Positions 35,447-45,888 of a stretch of DNA of 64,000 bases are shown here, one piece after another. The position numbers and the translations under genes were made by a program. Below the pieces are notes generated by a model that worked only from the letters and a program-made list of their open reading frames with translations, searched no databases and had not been told where the DNA came from. The DNA is taken from IMG/VR virus record IMGVR_UViG_3300020477_000990, positions 248,001 to 312,000 of that record. One strand, given 5' to 3'. Every line of letters starts with the position of its first letter. Position 1 is the stretch's first letter.

Positions 35447-36442
35447 ATGTTTAGATTTTTTACCACCAGAAAATGGTTACTATGGGCCTGGCTAGGTTCA
35501 GCAATTATTTTAGGATCACTTTGGGTTCAAGTAAAAATTGATGTTAAAATAAATGAATGGTTTGGTGTGTTTTATGATATGATTCAAAAAGCACTTGCAA
35601 CACCAAATGCAATTACACTACAAGAATATTTTGCAAGTTTATTATCATTTATAACACTTGCAGGTATGTATGTTGGATTATATGTTTTAATAAGTTATTT
35701 TACAGCTCACTTTTTATTTAGGTGGCGTACTGCTATGGTTGAATGGTACCATAGTGTTTATGATAAAGCACGTTCTATAGAAGGTGCATCACAAAGGGTT
35801 CAAGAAGATACAATTAAGTTTTCACGTATTATGGAAGGACTTGGTACAAGTTTAATTGAATCAGTTATGATTTTAATTCAATTTATTCCTATACTATTTG
35901 GGTTATCACTTGGTATTCCAATATTCTTTTTTGGTGATTGGCAATATGGTTTAATTACTGGTGCATTGATTTGGACATTAGGTGGTACTGTATTTTTAAT
36001 TGGGCTAGGTTGGATATTGAGACTAGTTGGTGTTGAATATGATTTACAAAAACAAGAAGCGGCTTATAGAAAAATTCTTGTAATTGCTGAAGATGATGGA
36101 AATGTAAGACCGAAAAAAATTGAAGAATTCTTTGATGATGTTCGTAAAATACATTTTAAAAGTTATCTGCGTTATCTATATTTTAATATTGGACGTATGG
36201 CGTACTTACAAGCGAATGTATTATCAGCTTATGTATTTTTAGCACCAGCCATTGTAGCAGGTGTTGTTACACTTGGTGTAATGCAACAAATTATAAGGGC
36301 ATTTGGAAGAGTTGAAGGTTCAATGCAGTATCTTTTAAAAGCATGGCCAACAATCATTGAGTTAGCAAGTGTTTATAAACGTTTAAGAGAATTTGAAGCT
36401 AAATTACCTAAAGAAAAAGATGATACACAACGAGTACATTAA
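35447..36442 (+). CDS. sbmA: SbmA/BacA-family peptide transporter
   Basis: INEWFG.FYD.IQKAL, FRWRTAM, EGASQRVQEDT, TLGVMQQIIRAFGRVEGS, WPTIIELASVYKRL. Confidence 0.9.
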   Translation: MFRFFTTRKWLLWAWLGSAIILGSLWVQVKIDVKINEWFGVFYDMIQKALATPNAITLQEYFASLLSFITLAGMYVGLYVLISYFTAHFLFRWRTAMVEWYHSVYDKARSIEGASQRVQEDTIKFSRIMEGLGTSLIESVMILIQFIPILFGLSLGIPIFFFGDWQYGLITGALIWTLGGTVFLIGLGWILRLVGVEYDLQKQEAAYRKILVIAEDDGNVRPKKIEEFFDDVRKIHFKSYLRYLYFNIGRMAYLQANVLSAYVFLAPAIVAGVVTLGVMQQIIRAFGRVEGSMQYLLKAWPTIIELASVYKRLREFEAKLPKEKDDTQRVH

Positions 36443-36971
36443 AGAAATTAGTACAAGTATTGATGATAGTTATAGATTAAAGTTAGTTAACTATGCTACC
36501 GAATTAGTATATCATGAAGGTATATCGTCGACATATACGGCAATACATTTTAGTCAAGAATTAGATATTAATAATGAATTATTAAAACCAATAGTTGAAG
36601 ATTTTAAAAAAGCAGTTCCTGATGCATATAACTTAAATATTAGGTTTTTTAAATTTCCACCTTTTGGGTCACAGTTCCCTCATTCAGATTTTAGTATTGC
36701 TACATCAGAAAATGGAAGATCATTTTTAGTACCACTATATCCTGATCCATCTTCAGATTTATATGCTCCATTATTATTTTGGGGTGATGATATTAAAAAA
36801 GTACCATATGATTGGTATAATGAAAGTAAAGCAAAATATGTAGTTCCTAAAATTAAAAATGGATATATAGTTAATATTCATAAAATTCATAGTGTAATGA
36901 ATCATATACCACTACATAGATATAATTTACAAATAAGATTTAATACTAACAATAAGGATATTTTAATATAA
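36420..36971 (+). CDS. 2OG-Fe(II) oxygenase-like protein
   Basis: ATG at 36420; PHSD (HxD)...IHSV...RYNLQIR. Confidence 0.6.
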   Translation: MIHNEYIKEISTSIDDSYRLKLVNYATELVYHEGISSTYTAIHFSQELDINNELLKPIVEDFKKAVPDAYNLNIRFFKFPPFGSQFPHSDFSIATSENGRSFLVPLYPDPSSDLYAPLLFWGDDIKKVPYDWYNESKAKYVVPKIKNGYIVNIHKIHSVMNHIPLHRYNLQIRFNTNNKDILI

Positions 36972-37300
36972 TGGAAAATGAAATAGATAAACCAAAATTA
37001 ACAATATATGCTAAAATTGTTGAAAACTTAAAACAGGTTTATGATCCTGAAATTTCAGTCAATATATATGATTTAGGATTAATATATAATATTGATTTAG
37101 AAAGTTTGCCAAAAGCGACAATAACACATACTCTTACAAGTGCATTTTGTCCAGCGGCAGACCAAATTGTGGCCGATATAAAAGGTGCGGCTGAAACTGT
37201 AGAAGGAGTAGATGCAGTTGAAGTCATTACAACATTTGATCCACCTTTTGGTCCAGATAAAATGTCAGAAGAGGTAAAATTAGCTCTTGGCATTTTCTAA
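36971..37300 (+). CDS. DUF59/SufT/PaaD-like Fe-S assembly protein
   Basis: LKQVYDPEISVNIYDLGLIY, LTSAFCP, FDPP. Confidence 0.9.
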   Translation: MENEIDKPKLTIYAKIVENLKQVYDPEISVNIYDLGLIYNIDLESLPKATITHTLTSAFCPAADQIVADIKGAAETVEGVDAVEVITTFDPPFGPDKMSEEVKLALGIF

Positions 37301-37335
37301 TAAGTATAGTATAATATAGAGAAGGATTTAAAAAA

Positions 37336-37554
37336 ATGGATATTTCAAAAGGTTTATATAAAGCATTAGAAATAAAATATATGGCTGAAATTGAAGATGC
37401 AAAAGTGCGTTTAGTAATATATTTTGAAAAATCAGTTGCTATTGGAGAACATCCACAGCATACTGAAGAAATGGATAAGTTATTATCACAAATATCTGGT
37501 GCTGAAGATAATTTAGAATCGTTAAAAAAATATTTCAATACTTATGACAATTAA
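37336..37554 (+). CDS. conserved T4-like phage hypothetical protein
   Basis: AIGEHP motif; AAGGA SD. Confidence 0.65.
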   Translation: MDISKGLYKALEIKYMAEIEDAKVRLVIYFEKSVAIGEHPQHTEEMDKLLSQISGAEDNLESLKKYFNTYDN

Positions 37555-39034
37555 AGAATTATTAGACGAAATAGGTGTAGATCAAAATTTATATACAGTA
37601 CCAAATGGAGTACCTGTAATATCTCCAATTGATGCTAAAGAAATAGCTAAAGTAAAGCATACAACTCGACAAGAGTACGAAGCAAAATTATTAAATGTTA
37701 AACAAGCACAAATTGATTGGCGAACAGTACCAGCACCACAACGTGGTGAATTAATAAGATTATTTGGCGAAGAGCTTCGCAAATATAAAAACGAACTTGG
37801 TAGATTAGTTACTATTGAAAATGGTAAAATATTTCAAGAAGGTTTAGGTGAAGTTCAAGAAATGATAGACATCTGCGATTTTGCAGTTGGGTTATCAAGA
37901 CAATTATACGGGTTGACAATGCCAAGTGAAAGACCAGGTCACCGTATGCAAGAGATGTGGAATCCTTTAGGGGTGGTAGGAGTTGTTACAGCATTTAACT
38001 TTCCTGTAGCAGTATGGAGTTGGAACTTTGCACTTGCAACAGTATGTGGTAATGCAACACTTTGGAAACCATCACCTAAAACACCTCTAGTATCTTTTGC
38101 CTGTGAAGCAATATTTAAAAAAGCAGTTGAACGTTCAGGAATACCCCAAGCAAAAAGTATTTTAGAACTTGTAATTGGGGCTAATGAATCATCTGAATGG
38201 ATTGCTAATGATAAACTTATTAATTTAGTTTCATTAACAGGATCAACAGCAATGGGACAAGCATTAGGTAAAAATGTTACAGAAAGATTTGGTAGAGTAT
38301 TAATGGAACTTGGTGGTAATAATGCAATGATAGTTACACCAAATGCAGATATGAAATTAGCAATAAGAGCCATATTGTTTAGTGCTGTAGGTACAGCAGG
38401 ACAAAGATGTACAACTTTACGTAGAGTTATTGCACATAGATCAATTTATGAACAATTAGCAAAATACTTAAAAAAATATTATGCAAAAATTACAATTGGT
38501 AATCCATTAGATGAAGGTGTACTAGTTGGTCCTTTAGTAAGTGAACAAGCATATGATAGTATGAAAGCTACAATAGATGAGTGTGAAAAATTAGGCGAAG
38601 TAACAGGTGGAACAAGATTAGATATGCCTGGAGTATATGTAAAACCAGCAATAGTAGAATTACAAAAAGCAGAAGAAATTACAAAAACAGAAACGTTTGC
38701 ACCTTTATTATATATTATACCATATGATGAATTAGCAGAAGCAATAGCAATTAATAATAATGTACCACAAGGTTTAAGTAGTTGTATCTTTACAAAAGAT
38801 TTACAAGAAGCTGAATTGTTTATTGGAGCAAATGGATCTGATTGTGGTCTTGTAAATGTTAATATTGGCCCTAGTGGGGCTGAAATTGGCGGCGCCTTTG
38901 GTGGAGAAAAACATACAGGTGGCGGAAGAGAAAGTGGTTCAGATGCATGGAAACAATATATGCGTAGAAGCACGGTAACGGTAAACTACTCAACAGACTT
39001 GCCATTGGCACAAGGAGTTGAATTTAATGTCTAA
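37544..39034 (+). CDS. aldehyde dehydrogenase, ALDH7 (aminoadipate-semialdehyde / piperideine-6-carboxylate) type
   Basis: [52 protein letters not shown]. Confidence 0.9.
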   Translation: MTIKELLDEIGVDQNLYTVPNGVPVISPIDAKEIAKVKHTTRQEYEAKLLNVKQAQIDWRTVPAPQRGELIRLFGEELRKYKNELGRLVTIENGKIFQEGLGEVQEMIDICDFAVGLSRQLYGLTMPSERPGHRMQEMWNPLGVVGVVTAFNFPVAVWSWNFALATVCGNATLWKPSPKTPLVSFACEAIFKKAVERSGIPQAKSILELVIGANESSEWIANDKLINLVSLTGSTAMGQALGKNVTERFGRVLMELGGNNAMIVTPNADMKLAIRAILFSAVGTAGQRCTTLRRVIAHRSIYEQLAKYLKKYYAKITIGNPLDEGVLVGPLVSEQAYDSMKATIDECEKLGEVTGGTRLDMPGVYVKPAIVELQKAEEITKTETFAPLLYIIPYDELAEAIAINNNVPQGLSSCIFTKDLQEAELFIGANGSDCGLVNVNIGPSGAEIGGAFGGEKHTGGGRESGSDAWKQYMRRSTVTVNYSTDLPLAQGVEFNV

Positions 39035-39044
39035 GGAGATGAAT

Positions 39045-39629
39045 ATGAATTTAGTACCAATGGTTGTTGAACAATCATCAAGAGGTGAAAGAAGTTATGA
39101 TATTTTTTCACGTTTATTAAAAGAGAGAATTATTTTTATAACAGGACCAATTAACGATACTGTAGCAAGTTTAGTTTGTGCCCAGTTATTATTTTTAGAA
39201 TCCGAGTCATCAGAAAAAGATATCTATATGTATATTAATTCACCAGGTGGATCAGTTACATCAGGTTTGGCTATGTATGACACTATGCAATATGTTAAAC
39301 CAGATATTTCAACAGTAAGTATTGGATTATCAGCAAGTGCTGGTTCTTTATTATTAATGGCAGGAACAAAAGGAAAAAGAATTTCGTTACCTCATAGTAA
39401 AATAATGATACACCAACCATCTGCAGGTTTTTCAGGACAAGCTACAGATATAGAAATTCATGCTAAAGATATATTAGACACTAAAAAACGTTTAAATGAA
39501 TTATACGTAAAACATTGTGGTAAAGATCTTAAAACTGTAACTGATGCTATGGAACGTGATAATTTTATGACACCAGAACAAGCATTAGAATTTGGGTTAA
39601 TAGATAAAATCACTGATAAACGTGTTTAG
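39045..39629 (+). CDS. clpP: ClpP protease
   Basis: ATG at 39045 after AAGGAG; [22 protein letters not shown] (catalytic Ser), MIHQP, ERDNF. Confidence 0.97.
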   Translation: MNLVPMVVEQSSRGERSYDIFSRLLKERIIFITGPINDTVASLVCAQLLFLESESSEKDIYMYINSPGGSVTSGLAMYDTMQYVKPDISTVSIGLSASAGSLLLMAGTKGKRISLPHSKIMIHQPSAGFSGQATDIEIHAKDILDTKKRLNELYVKHCGKDLKTVTDAMERDNFMTPEQALEFGLIDKITDKRV

Positions 39630-39822
39630 GCTAATTGGTTACGAAGATCCAGAAAAGCACGAAATAATATCTCAAGATGAAACATTAGACAGAACATGGC
39701 TTCCTAGTCATGCAGAAGATATTATTACAGTTACAGATAAGCAATTTGTTTTGGCCAAGTTAAAATATCCAGACGTAGAAATATTAGGTTTTTATTCATA
39801 TCCACTTGATCTTTTGAAATAA
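39622..39822 (+). CDS. small hypothetical protein
   Basis: 66 aa, overlaps the clpP stop. Confidence 0.5.
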   Translation: MFRLIGYEDPEKHEIISQDETLDRTWLPSHAEDIITVTDKQFVLAKLKYPDVEILGFYSYPLDLLK

Positions 39823-39834
39823 AACAAGTATAAT
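39806..39834 (+). promoter_or_regulatory. sigma70-type promoter TTGATC-N17-TATAAT, near-leaderless
   Basis: -10 ends 7 nt before the ATG at 39842. Confidence 0.55.
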
Positions 39835-39841
39835 AAACATT

Positions 39842-40561
39842 ATGGCGTTAGATATATTTCATTTAAGTTACCAAGAGCCTTATGCGGATAAAACTTGGAA
39901 ATCACTTGTAAAAAGGTTTCCTTATGCTAGGCGTGTAAAAGGAATAAAAGGAATTTTTAATGCACACAAACGATGTGCAGAATTGGCTTATACAAAATCT
40001 TTTTATGTGGTTGATGCAGATGCTATATTAGAACCTGATTTTGATTTTAGCTTTAAGCCAAGTAAATGGGATGAACATTGCACTCATGTTTGGCGTTGTA
40101 AAAATCCAATAAATGATTTAGTATATGGTTATGGTGGTGTTAAATTATTTCCTACACAAACTTGTAGATCTGCAAATGAATGGCGAATAGATTTTACAAC
40201 ATCGGTATCAAATAAACCTGGAGAAAAAGGTGCATTTAAGGCAATGCCAACTATTAGTAATGTTACGGCATTTAATACAGATCCTTTTAATACATTTAAA
40301 TCAGCATTTAGAGAATGTACAAAACTAGCGGCAAAGGTAATTGACAAACAAAAAGATCATGAAACCGAGCAAAGATTAAATGTTTGGTGTAGTGTAGGTT
40401 CAGATAAAGGGTTTGGTGAATATGCAATTGCCGGTGCTATTGCCGGTAGAGAATATGGTGAAGCAAATAAAAATAATATGGAGGCATTAAGTAAAATAAA
40501 TGACTTTGGCTGGCTTGAGCAACAGTTCAACAAAATCCAAATCTCATCTAGAAGTACATGA
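39842..40561 (+). CDS. glycosyltransferase-like (GT-A) protein
   Basis: DIFHLSY.EP, NAHKRCA, YVVDADA (DxD), GYGGVKLF. Confidence 0.6.
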   Translation: MALDIFHLSYQEPYADKTWKSLVKRFPYARRVKGIKGIFNAHKRCAELAYTKSFYVVDADAILEPDFDFSFKPSKWDEHCTHVWRCKNPINDLVYGYGGVKLFPTQTCRSANEWRIDFTTSVSNKPGEKGAFKAMPTISNVTAFNTDPFNTFKSAFRECTKLAAKVIDKQKDHETEQRLNVWCSVGSDKGFGEYAIAGAIAGREYGEANKNNMEALSKINDFGWLEQQFNKIQISSRST

Positions 40562-41399
40562 GTTATTAGATAGATTTGAATTATTGTATGATGATGTAAG
40601 TGAATTAAAAGATCTTAGACGTGCTATTCTTGACAAAGATTTATCTAGCATATTTCGTTTAAGTAAGAATTATGACGGATATTTAATTGATGAACTCCGT
40701 AAATCAGTTTTAGAAGAAAATCAATATTCTATACTTAGGTTATTAAAAATTTATGTAAAGAACAAATCGTTAACAACACTAACAAAAACGATTAAAAATT
40801 TTCCTAAAAGTAATATTAAAGATGCATATTCTAGAGGGCAGTTACACAGTAAAAAATGGTTAGTATCTGAAGTTGAAAAAATAGGAATGCATTTAGGTAC
40901 AGTATTTTTGTGTGCTGGCTGGTATGGAACGTTAGCAACAATGCTTTTTGAATCTGAAAAAATACATTTAGATAAAATAAGAAGTTTTGATATTGATCCT
41001 ACGTGTTGGCAAATTGCAGAGTCAATTAATAAACCTTGGGTTATGACTGAATGGAAATTTAAAGCAACTACACAAGACATACATAGTATTAATTTTAACG
41101 AGTATACGTACAAAACATTAAGATCAGATAAAACAGAAAGAGAATTATTTGATAAGCCAAATACAGTTATTAATACAAGTTGTGAACATATTGAAAATTG
41201 GCAAGAATGGTGGAATAAAATTCCTAATGGAAAATTATGTATTTTACAATCAAATGATTATTTTGAATTACCTGAACATATTAATTGTGTTAAAGATGTT
41301 AGCAATTTTAAATCTATAGCACCAATGGCAACTTACCTTTACACTGGCGAATTAATGTTAGGCAAATATACGAGGTATATGCTTATAGGTATTAAGTAA
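40500..41399 (+). CDS. class I SAM-dependent methyltransferase-like protein
   Basis: FLCAGWYG, SFDIDP, VINTSCEH, LQSNDY. Confidence 0.7.
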   Translation: MTLAGLSNSSTKSKSHLEVHELLDRFELLYDDVSELKDLRRAILDKDLSSIFRLSKNYDGYLIDELRKSVLEENQYSILRLLKIYVKNKSLTTLTKTIKNFPKSNIKDAYSRGQLHSKKWLVSEVEKIGMHLGTVFLCAGWYGTLATMLFESEKIHLDKIRSFDIDPTCWQIAESINKPWVMTEWKFKATTQDIHSINFNEYTYKTLRSDKTERELFDKPNTVINTSCEHIENWQEWWNKIPNGKLCILQSNDYFELPEHINCVKDVSNFKSIAPMATYLYTGELMLGKYTRYMLIGIK

Positions 41400-41656
41400 T
41401 GCCAAAGTATGTATATAGATTAAAGTCTAAAGATCAACCAGTTCTTTTTCGTGAAACAGGAAAGTTCATGGAGATTCCAATGGTAGAAGACGAATTAGAA
41501 GTAGTACATCAAATTGAAGAATGGATAAAAGAAAATTGTTCTCAGTCTGCAAGTATAGAATCCTTTGATAATTATGATTATACAGGTAAGGACAAAATTA
41601 CCATTTACTTTAAAAGTAAAGAAGATTTGCTACTTTTTAAGCTCAAGTTTGAGTAG
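41399..41656 (+). CDS. small hypothetical protein
   Basis: 85 aa, coupled. Confidence 0.55.
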   Translation: MPKYVYRLKSKDQPVLFRETGKFMEIPMVEDELEVVHQIEEWIKENCSQSASIESFDNYDYTGKDKITIYFKSKEDLLLFKLKFE

Positions 41657-41662
41657 TAAATA
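41657..41662 (+). promoter_or_regulatory. late promoter core TAAATA, leaderless geometry
   Basis: 5 nt before the ATG at 41668. Confidence 0.5.
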
Positions 41663-41667
41663 CATAT

Positions 41668-42777
41668 ATGTACAGATATGAAGATATACGAACAGTACAT
41701 TTAGAAATCACAGCGAAATGTCAGGCCGCTTGTTTGCAATGTGATAGAAATGTTAATGGTGGTGAAATAAATCCAAATATTTCACTTGATGAGTTATCTC
41801 TTGAAGATTGCAAAAAAATATTTCCACCTGAATTTGTAAAACAATTAGATAGTTTGTTTATGTGTGGTAATTTAGGTGACCCAGTTATTGCACAAGATTC
41901 ACTTGAAGTAATGGAATATTTACGTAGTCAAAATTCTAATATTTGGTTAAGCATGAATACAAATGCCGGCGCCAAAAAATCAGAGTGGTGGAAAGATTTA
42001 GCAAAAATACTTGGTAAGCAAGGCCATGTAATTTTTAGTTTTGATGGATTAAAAGATACTAATCATTTATATAGGCAAAATGTTAATTGGGATATATGTA
42101 TGGATTCGGCACAGGCGTTTATTGATGCAGGTGGTAGAGCAAGATGGGATTATTTAATATTTGGACATAATCAGCATCAAGTTGAAGATGCAAAAGCATT
42201 ATCAGAACGTATGGGATTTGAAAAATTTATGAGTAAAAAAACTGGTAGATTTTTTAGTAATGTAAAAGCAAAAGGAAAAGAAGAACATCAAGGTGTAAAT
42301 CGTAAAGGTAAACAAACACAAAAACTTACAAAGCCAGATGAAAAATATGTAAACAAAGCTCTTAAGAAAGAAGATTTACTTATAGAAAAATATGGATCTA
42401 TGAATAATTATTATGATAAAGCACATATTAATTGTAAAGTATTAAAAGATATGAATGTATATGTAAGTGCATCAGGACATTTGATGCCTTGTTGTTGGGT
42501 AGCAGGACAAATGTACAAGTGGTGGGAGAAGCCAGGAGAAAATCAAATTTATAGATTTATAGAGCAAGTAGGTGGACTTGATGAGCTATCAGTTTTACAA
42601 CATGGTTTTAAAAAAGTTTTAGAAGGAGACTTTTTTAATAATATAAAAGCAAGTTGGAAAAAAACTTCTTGTAATGGCGGCGATGGAAAATTAAAAGTAT
42701 GTTCTGTTAAATGTGGTACAGAGTTTGATCCATTTGGTGCACAATTTGAAGATAACTTCGTTACAACAGCAAGGTAA
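41668..42777 (+). CDS. radical SAM enzyme with C-terminal SPASM/twitch domain (subfamily A)
   Basis: CQAACLQC, MCGNLGDP, SFDG..TNHLYR, INC...MPCC, CSVKC. Confidence 0.88.
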   Translation: MYRYEDIRTVHLEITAKCQAACLQCDRNVNGGEINPNISLDELSLEDCKKIFPPEFVKQLDSLFMCGNLGDPVIAQDSLEVMEYLRSQNSNIWLSMNTNAGAKKSEWWKDLAKILGKQGHVIFSFDGLKDTNHLYRQNVNWDICMDSAQAFIDAGGRARWDYLIFGHNQHQVEDAKALSERMGFEKFMSKKTGRFFSNVKAKGKEEHQGVNRKGKQTQKLTKPDEKYVNKALKKEDLLIEKYGSMNNYYDKAHINCKVLKDMNVYVSASGHLMPCCWVAGQMYKWWEKPGENQIYRFIEQVGGLDELSVLQHGFKKVLEGDFFNNIKASWKKTSCNGGDGKLKVCSVKCGTEFDPFGAQFEDNFVTTAR

Positions 42778-42786
42778 ATATATAAA

Positions 42787-44256
42787 ATGAGCAATAATAA
42801 ACTACCATCAAAAACGTTTTGTGCGTTACCGTGGATGCATTTATCAACTAGACCAGATGGAAATATGCGAGTATGTTGTACAGCTAACGCAAGTTCAGTA
42901 GGTGCAACTAATGATAAAAAGCATGGTGGACAAGTTGGTATTCTAAAAAAAGATAATGGTGTTCCTGCAAACTTAAATAATTCAGATTTAATGTCATCGT
43001 GGAATAATGATTATATGAAGAACGTTCGTTTACAAATGTTAAACGGAGAAAAACCACCAGCTTGTTTAAAATGTTTTAAAGAAGAAGATGCAGGTCATAA
43101 TTCAAAACGTATGTGGGAAACTGAATATTGGATGAATAGATATTCTTTAGAAGATATGATTGGTGAAACAAAAGAAGACGGTTCTATTCCACCTAAAATT
43201 AGATATATTGATTTGCGTATGGGATCTAAATGTAATTTAAAATGTATTATGTGTAGTCCACATGATTCTTCATTATGGGTCAAAGATTGGTTAGACGTAT
43301 ATCCTACAATTAAAAATCCACAGCTAAAGCAAACAATGGGTTGGGATAATAAAGGTAAAGTACATGGCGCTGGTTATAACTGGCATAAAAATAACGAAGT
43401 ATTTTGGAAGCAGTTATATGAGCAAATACCTCATATGTATCAATTATATTTTGCAGGCGGTGAGTCTACAATTATAGAAGAACATTATACATTATTAGAA
43501 GAAGTTATTAGAAGAGGATATGCTCCTAAAATAGAATTACGTTATAATTCAAATGGTGTTGAAATGCCAGATAGATTATTTGAATTATGGAGTCATTTTA
43601 AAAGAGTGCGTTTTCATTATAGTGTAGATTCAATTGAAGAAATGAATCGTTATATACGTTTTCCTGCAGATTGGGATAATACAGTTAAACAATTTCATTT
43701 GTTAGATAATACAGAAGATAAAGTAGAAGTAACAATTGCCTGTGCAGTACAGGCTTTGAATATACATTATATTCCAGATTTTATTAAATGGAAATGGAAA
43801 CAAAATTTTAAAAAAATAAATGTATGGCCATTTGGAGCAGGTATGTTAAATTATCACTTTGTATATTGGCCTGGGCAATTAAATGTAAAAGCATTGCCAC
43901 AATGGATGAAAAATAAAACAAAAGAAAAATATGAAGCATTTTATCCTTGGTTATTAGAAAATTGGAAACTATCCGGTGCACCAAGTAAAGAAGCATTTAT
44001 GGAAGCAAGTTACGGTATTAAAAGATTAAAAGGAATGATTCAATTTATGATGTCAGAAGATTGGTCAAGACGTATGCCAGAATTTAGAGAATATATTACA
44101 AAATTTGATAAGCAACGTGGCACAGATTTTGCTAAAACTTTTCCGGATATGGCTGATATGTTAGATGAGTCATTAGATTATAGTGTTAAACCAATAACCG
44201 GTGAAAGTATTGATGAAAAAACAGAGAAGGAATTAGAAGATGGCGGAACAATCTGA
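42787..44256 (+). CDS. radical SAM enzyme with N-terminal SPASM/twitch domain (subfamily B)
   Basis: FCALPW...RVCC, CLKC, CNLKCIMC, FAGGE, YNSN. Confidence 0.88.
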   Translation: MSNNKLPSKTFCALPWMHLSTRPDGNMRVCCTANASSVGATNDKKHGGQVGILKKDNGVPANLNNSDLMSSWNNDYMKNVRLQMLNGEKPPACLKCFKEEDAGHNSKRMWETEYWMNRYSLEDMIGETKEDGSIPPKIRYIDLRMGSKCNLKCIMCSPHDSSLWVKDWLDVYPTIKNPQLKQTMGWDNKGKVHGAGYNWHKNNEVFWKQLYEQIPHMYQLYFAGGESTIIEEHYTLLEEVIRRGYAPKIELRYNSNGVEMPDRLFELWSHFKRVRFHYSVDSIEEMNRYIRFPADWDNTVKQFHLLDNTEDKVEVTIACAVQALNIHYIPDFIKWKWKQNFKKINVWPFGAGMLNYHFVYWPGQLNVKALPQWMKNKTKEKYEAFYPWLLENWKLSGAPSKEAFMEASYGIKRLKGMIQFMMSEDWSRRMPEFREYITKFDKQRGTDFAKTFPDMADMLDESLDYSVKPITGESIDEKTEKELEDGGTI

Positions 44257-44806
44257 TTTACATAAAAAGTGGGAAGAAATGAAAGACCACGTTACAAAGC
44301 CACGTAAAGAGTTAGATGGTATGGCTATTTGTCCATTTGCTAAAATGGGATTCAAACGTAATGAAGTTGAAGTTAAATGGGTTAAAAAAGATATGTTTAA
44401 AATTGCCAATGAAGCAATTGAAAATTATCCTGAAGAAAAACAGTTAGTATTATGTATTGGAGATCCAAAAGATTATTCATTAGAAGAATTAGAAAAATGG
44501 GAAAATGAAAACCAAGCAAAAGCAGTTGCAAATGATTTATACATTTATACATCTTATAAGTCAGAAGAAAAACAAGGATCAGTAGGAGTTGAAAAAAATA
44601 CAGATAAACTTATTCCTGGATTAGGTTCTGGTAATAAAGGTTTAGCAATCATACAAATACAAGGGTTAAGTGATTTAAATGAAAAATCTGAATGGGTACA
44701 TAGAAATACAAAGTATTATGATAAATGGAATAAAAAATATTATGATGCTATTGTAAAAAGAAGATATAAAGATAGTAACTATGATAGTGAGGAGTTTGAA
44801 AAATAA
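44240..44806 (+). CDS. hypothetical protein with a CPFAK motif
   Basis: 188 aa inside the radical SAM cluster. Confidence 0.55.
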   Translation: MAEQSDLHKKWEEMKDHVTKPRKELDGMAICPFAKMGFKRNEVEVKWVKKDMFKIANEAIENYPEEKQLVLCIGDPKDYSLEELEKWENENQAKAVANDLYIYTSYKSEEKQGSVGVEKNTDKLIPGLGSGNKGLAIIQIQGLSDLNEKSEWVHRNTKYYDKWNKKYYDAIVKRRYKDSNYDSEEFEK

Positions 44807-45888
44807 TGGTTAATAATTACAATAAATTTTTTAGTGATACGTCTCTAGTAAAGTGCTATTCAGAATTTCAACGATTAGAAGAAGTAATTGTTGGTAGTGC
44901 ATATAAACCAGATTGCTTTGATAGTAGTGAGCAATTTAGCCAAGAAGCCAAAGACTTATTAAAAAGAGTGTTTACAGAAACAGCAGAAGATTTAGAAGTA
45001 CTTGTTAGTATATTAAAAGCTGAAGGCATAATAGTACAACGTCCTAAAGTAATGCAAGATCCACTTGCAAAATATAATATGGGAGAATTTGATATTGAAT
45101 ATGCAAACCAACCTTTGCAACCAAGAGATATATTAGGATTTTATGGTAATAAAATTATTGAAGCATACACAAAAGACAGAACAAGATATTTTGAAAATTG
45201 GTGTTCAAGAGATATATTAAAGCAATATTATTTGCGTGGTGCAGAGTGGATAGCAATGCCACCACCACAATTAAATAAAAAAACATACCAAGATTATTAT
45301 CAAAATAGTGAAGTACTTTTTCATAATGCTAACTTAATTAAATGTGGTAAAGATATATTCCATTCACAATCACATCAAAAAGATCCTGTAAAAGGTAAAG
45401 GTACAGAACAAGGTTTAGAATGGTATAAAAAGCAATTGCCAGAATTTACATTTAATGAAATACCTGTTGGAGGTCATGCTGATGGTAAAATTGCATTAAT
45501 TAAACCAGGTTTATTAGTAACTTGGAAAAAAGAATGGATACCAGAAAAGTTAAAATCATGGGATTGTATTATAACAGAATCAGGAACAAAGTTTCCAGAA
45601 GATTTTAAAAAAACACGTAAAGAACATTTTTATAAAGATTATATTGAAAAATGGTTATCGCATTGGATTGGTTATGTTGATGAAACAGTATTTGATGTTA
45701 ATATGTTGAGTATATCAGAAGATAAAGTTATTTGTACAGGAACAGATAAAGAAGTATTTGCAAAATTAGAACAACACGGAGTAACACCTATATATTGGAA
45801 ATTTAGACATCAATATTTTTGGGATGGCGGAGTACATTGTTTAACAGCAGATGTAAGACGTAAAGGAGAACAGGAAAATTATTTCTAA
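44806..45888 (+). CDS. amidinotransferase (pentein fold; Gly/inosamine-phosphate amidinotransferase-like)
   Basis: LEEVIVG, QPRD, GHADG, DVNML, GGVHCLT catalytic Cys. Confidence 0.85.
   Translation: MVNNYNKFFSDTSLVKCYSEFQRLEEVIVGSAYKPDCFDSSEQFSQEAKDLLKRVFTETAEDLEVLVSILKAEGIIVQRPKVMQDPLAKYNMGEFDIEYANQPLQPRDILGFYGNKIIEAYTKDRTRYFENWCSRDILKQYYLRGAEWIAMPPPQLNKKTYQDYYQNSEVLFHNANLIKCGKDIFHSQSHQKDPVKGKGTEQGLEWYKKQLPEFTFNEIPVGGHADGKIALIKPGLLVTWKKEWIPEKLKSWDCIITESGTKFPEDFKKTRKEHFYKDYIEKWLSHWIGYVDETVFDVNMLSISEDKVICTGTDKEVFAKLEQHGVTPIYWKFRHQYFWDGGVHCLTADVRRKGEQENYF

Noticed and set aside
44806-45888. Archaeosine synthase for dG+ DNA modification
   Set aside because: The motifs are those of the pentein amidinotransferase fold, not ArcS, QueF-like or GAT-QueC.
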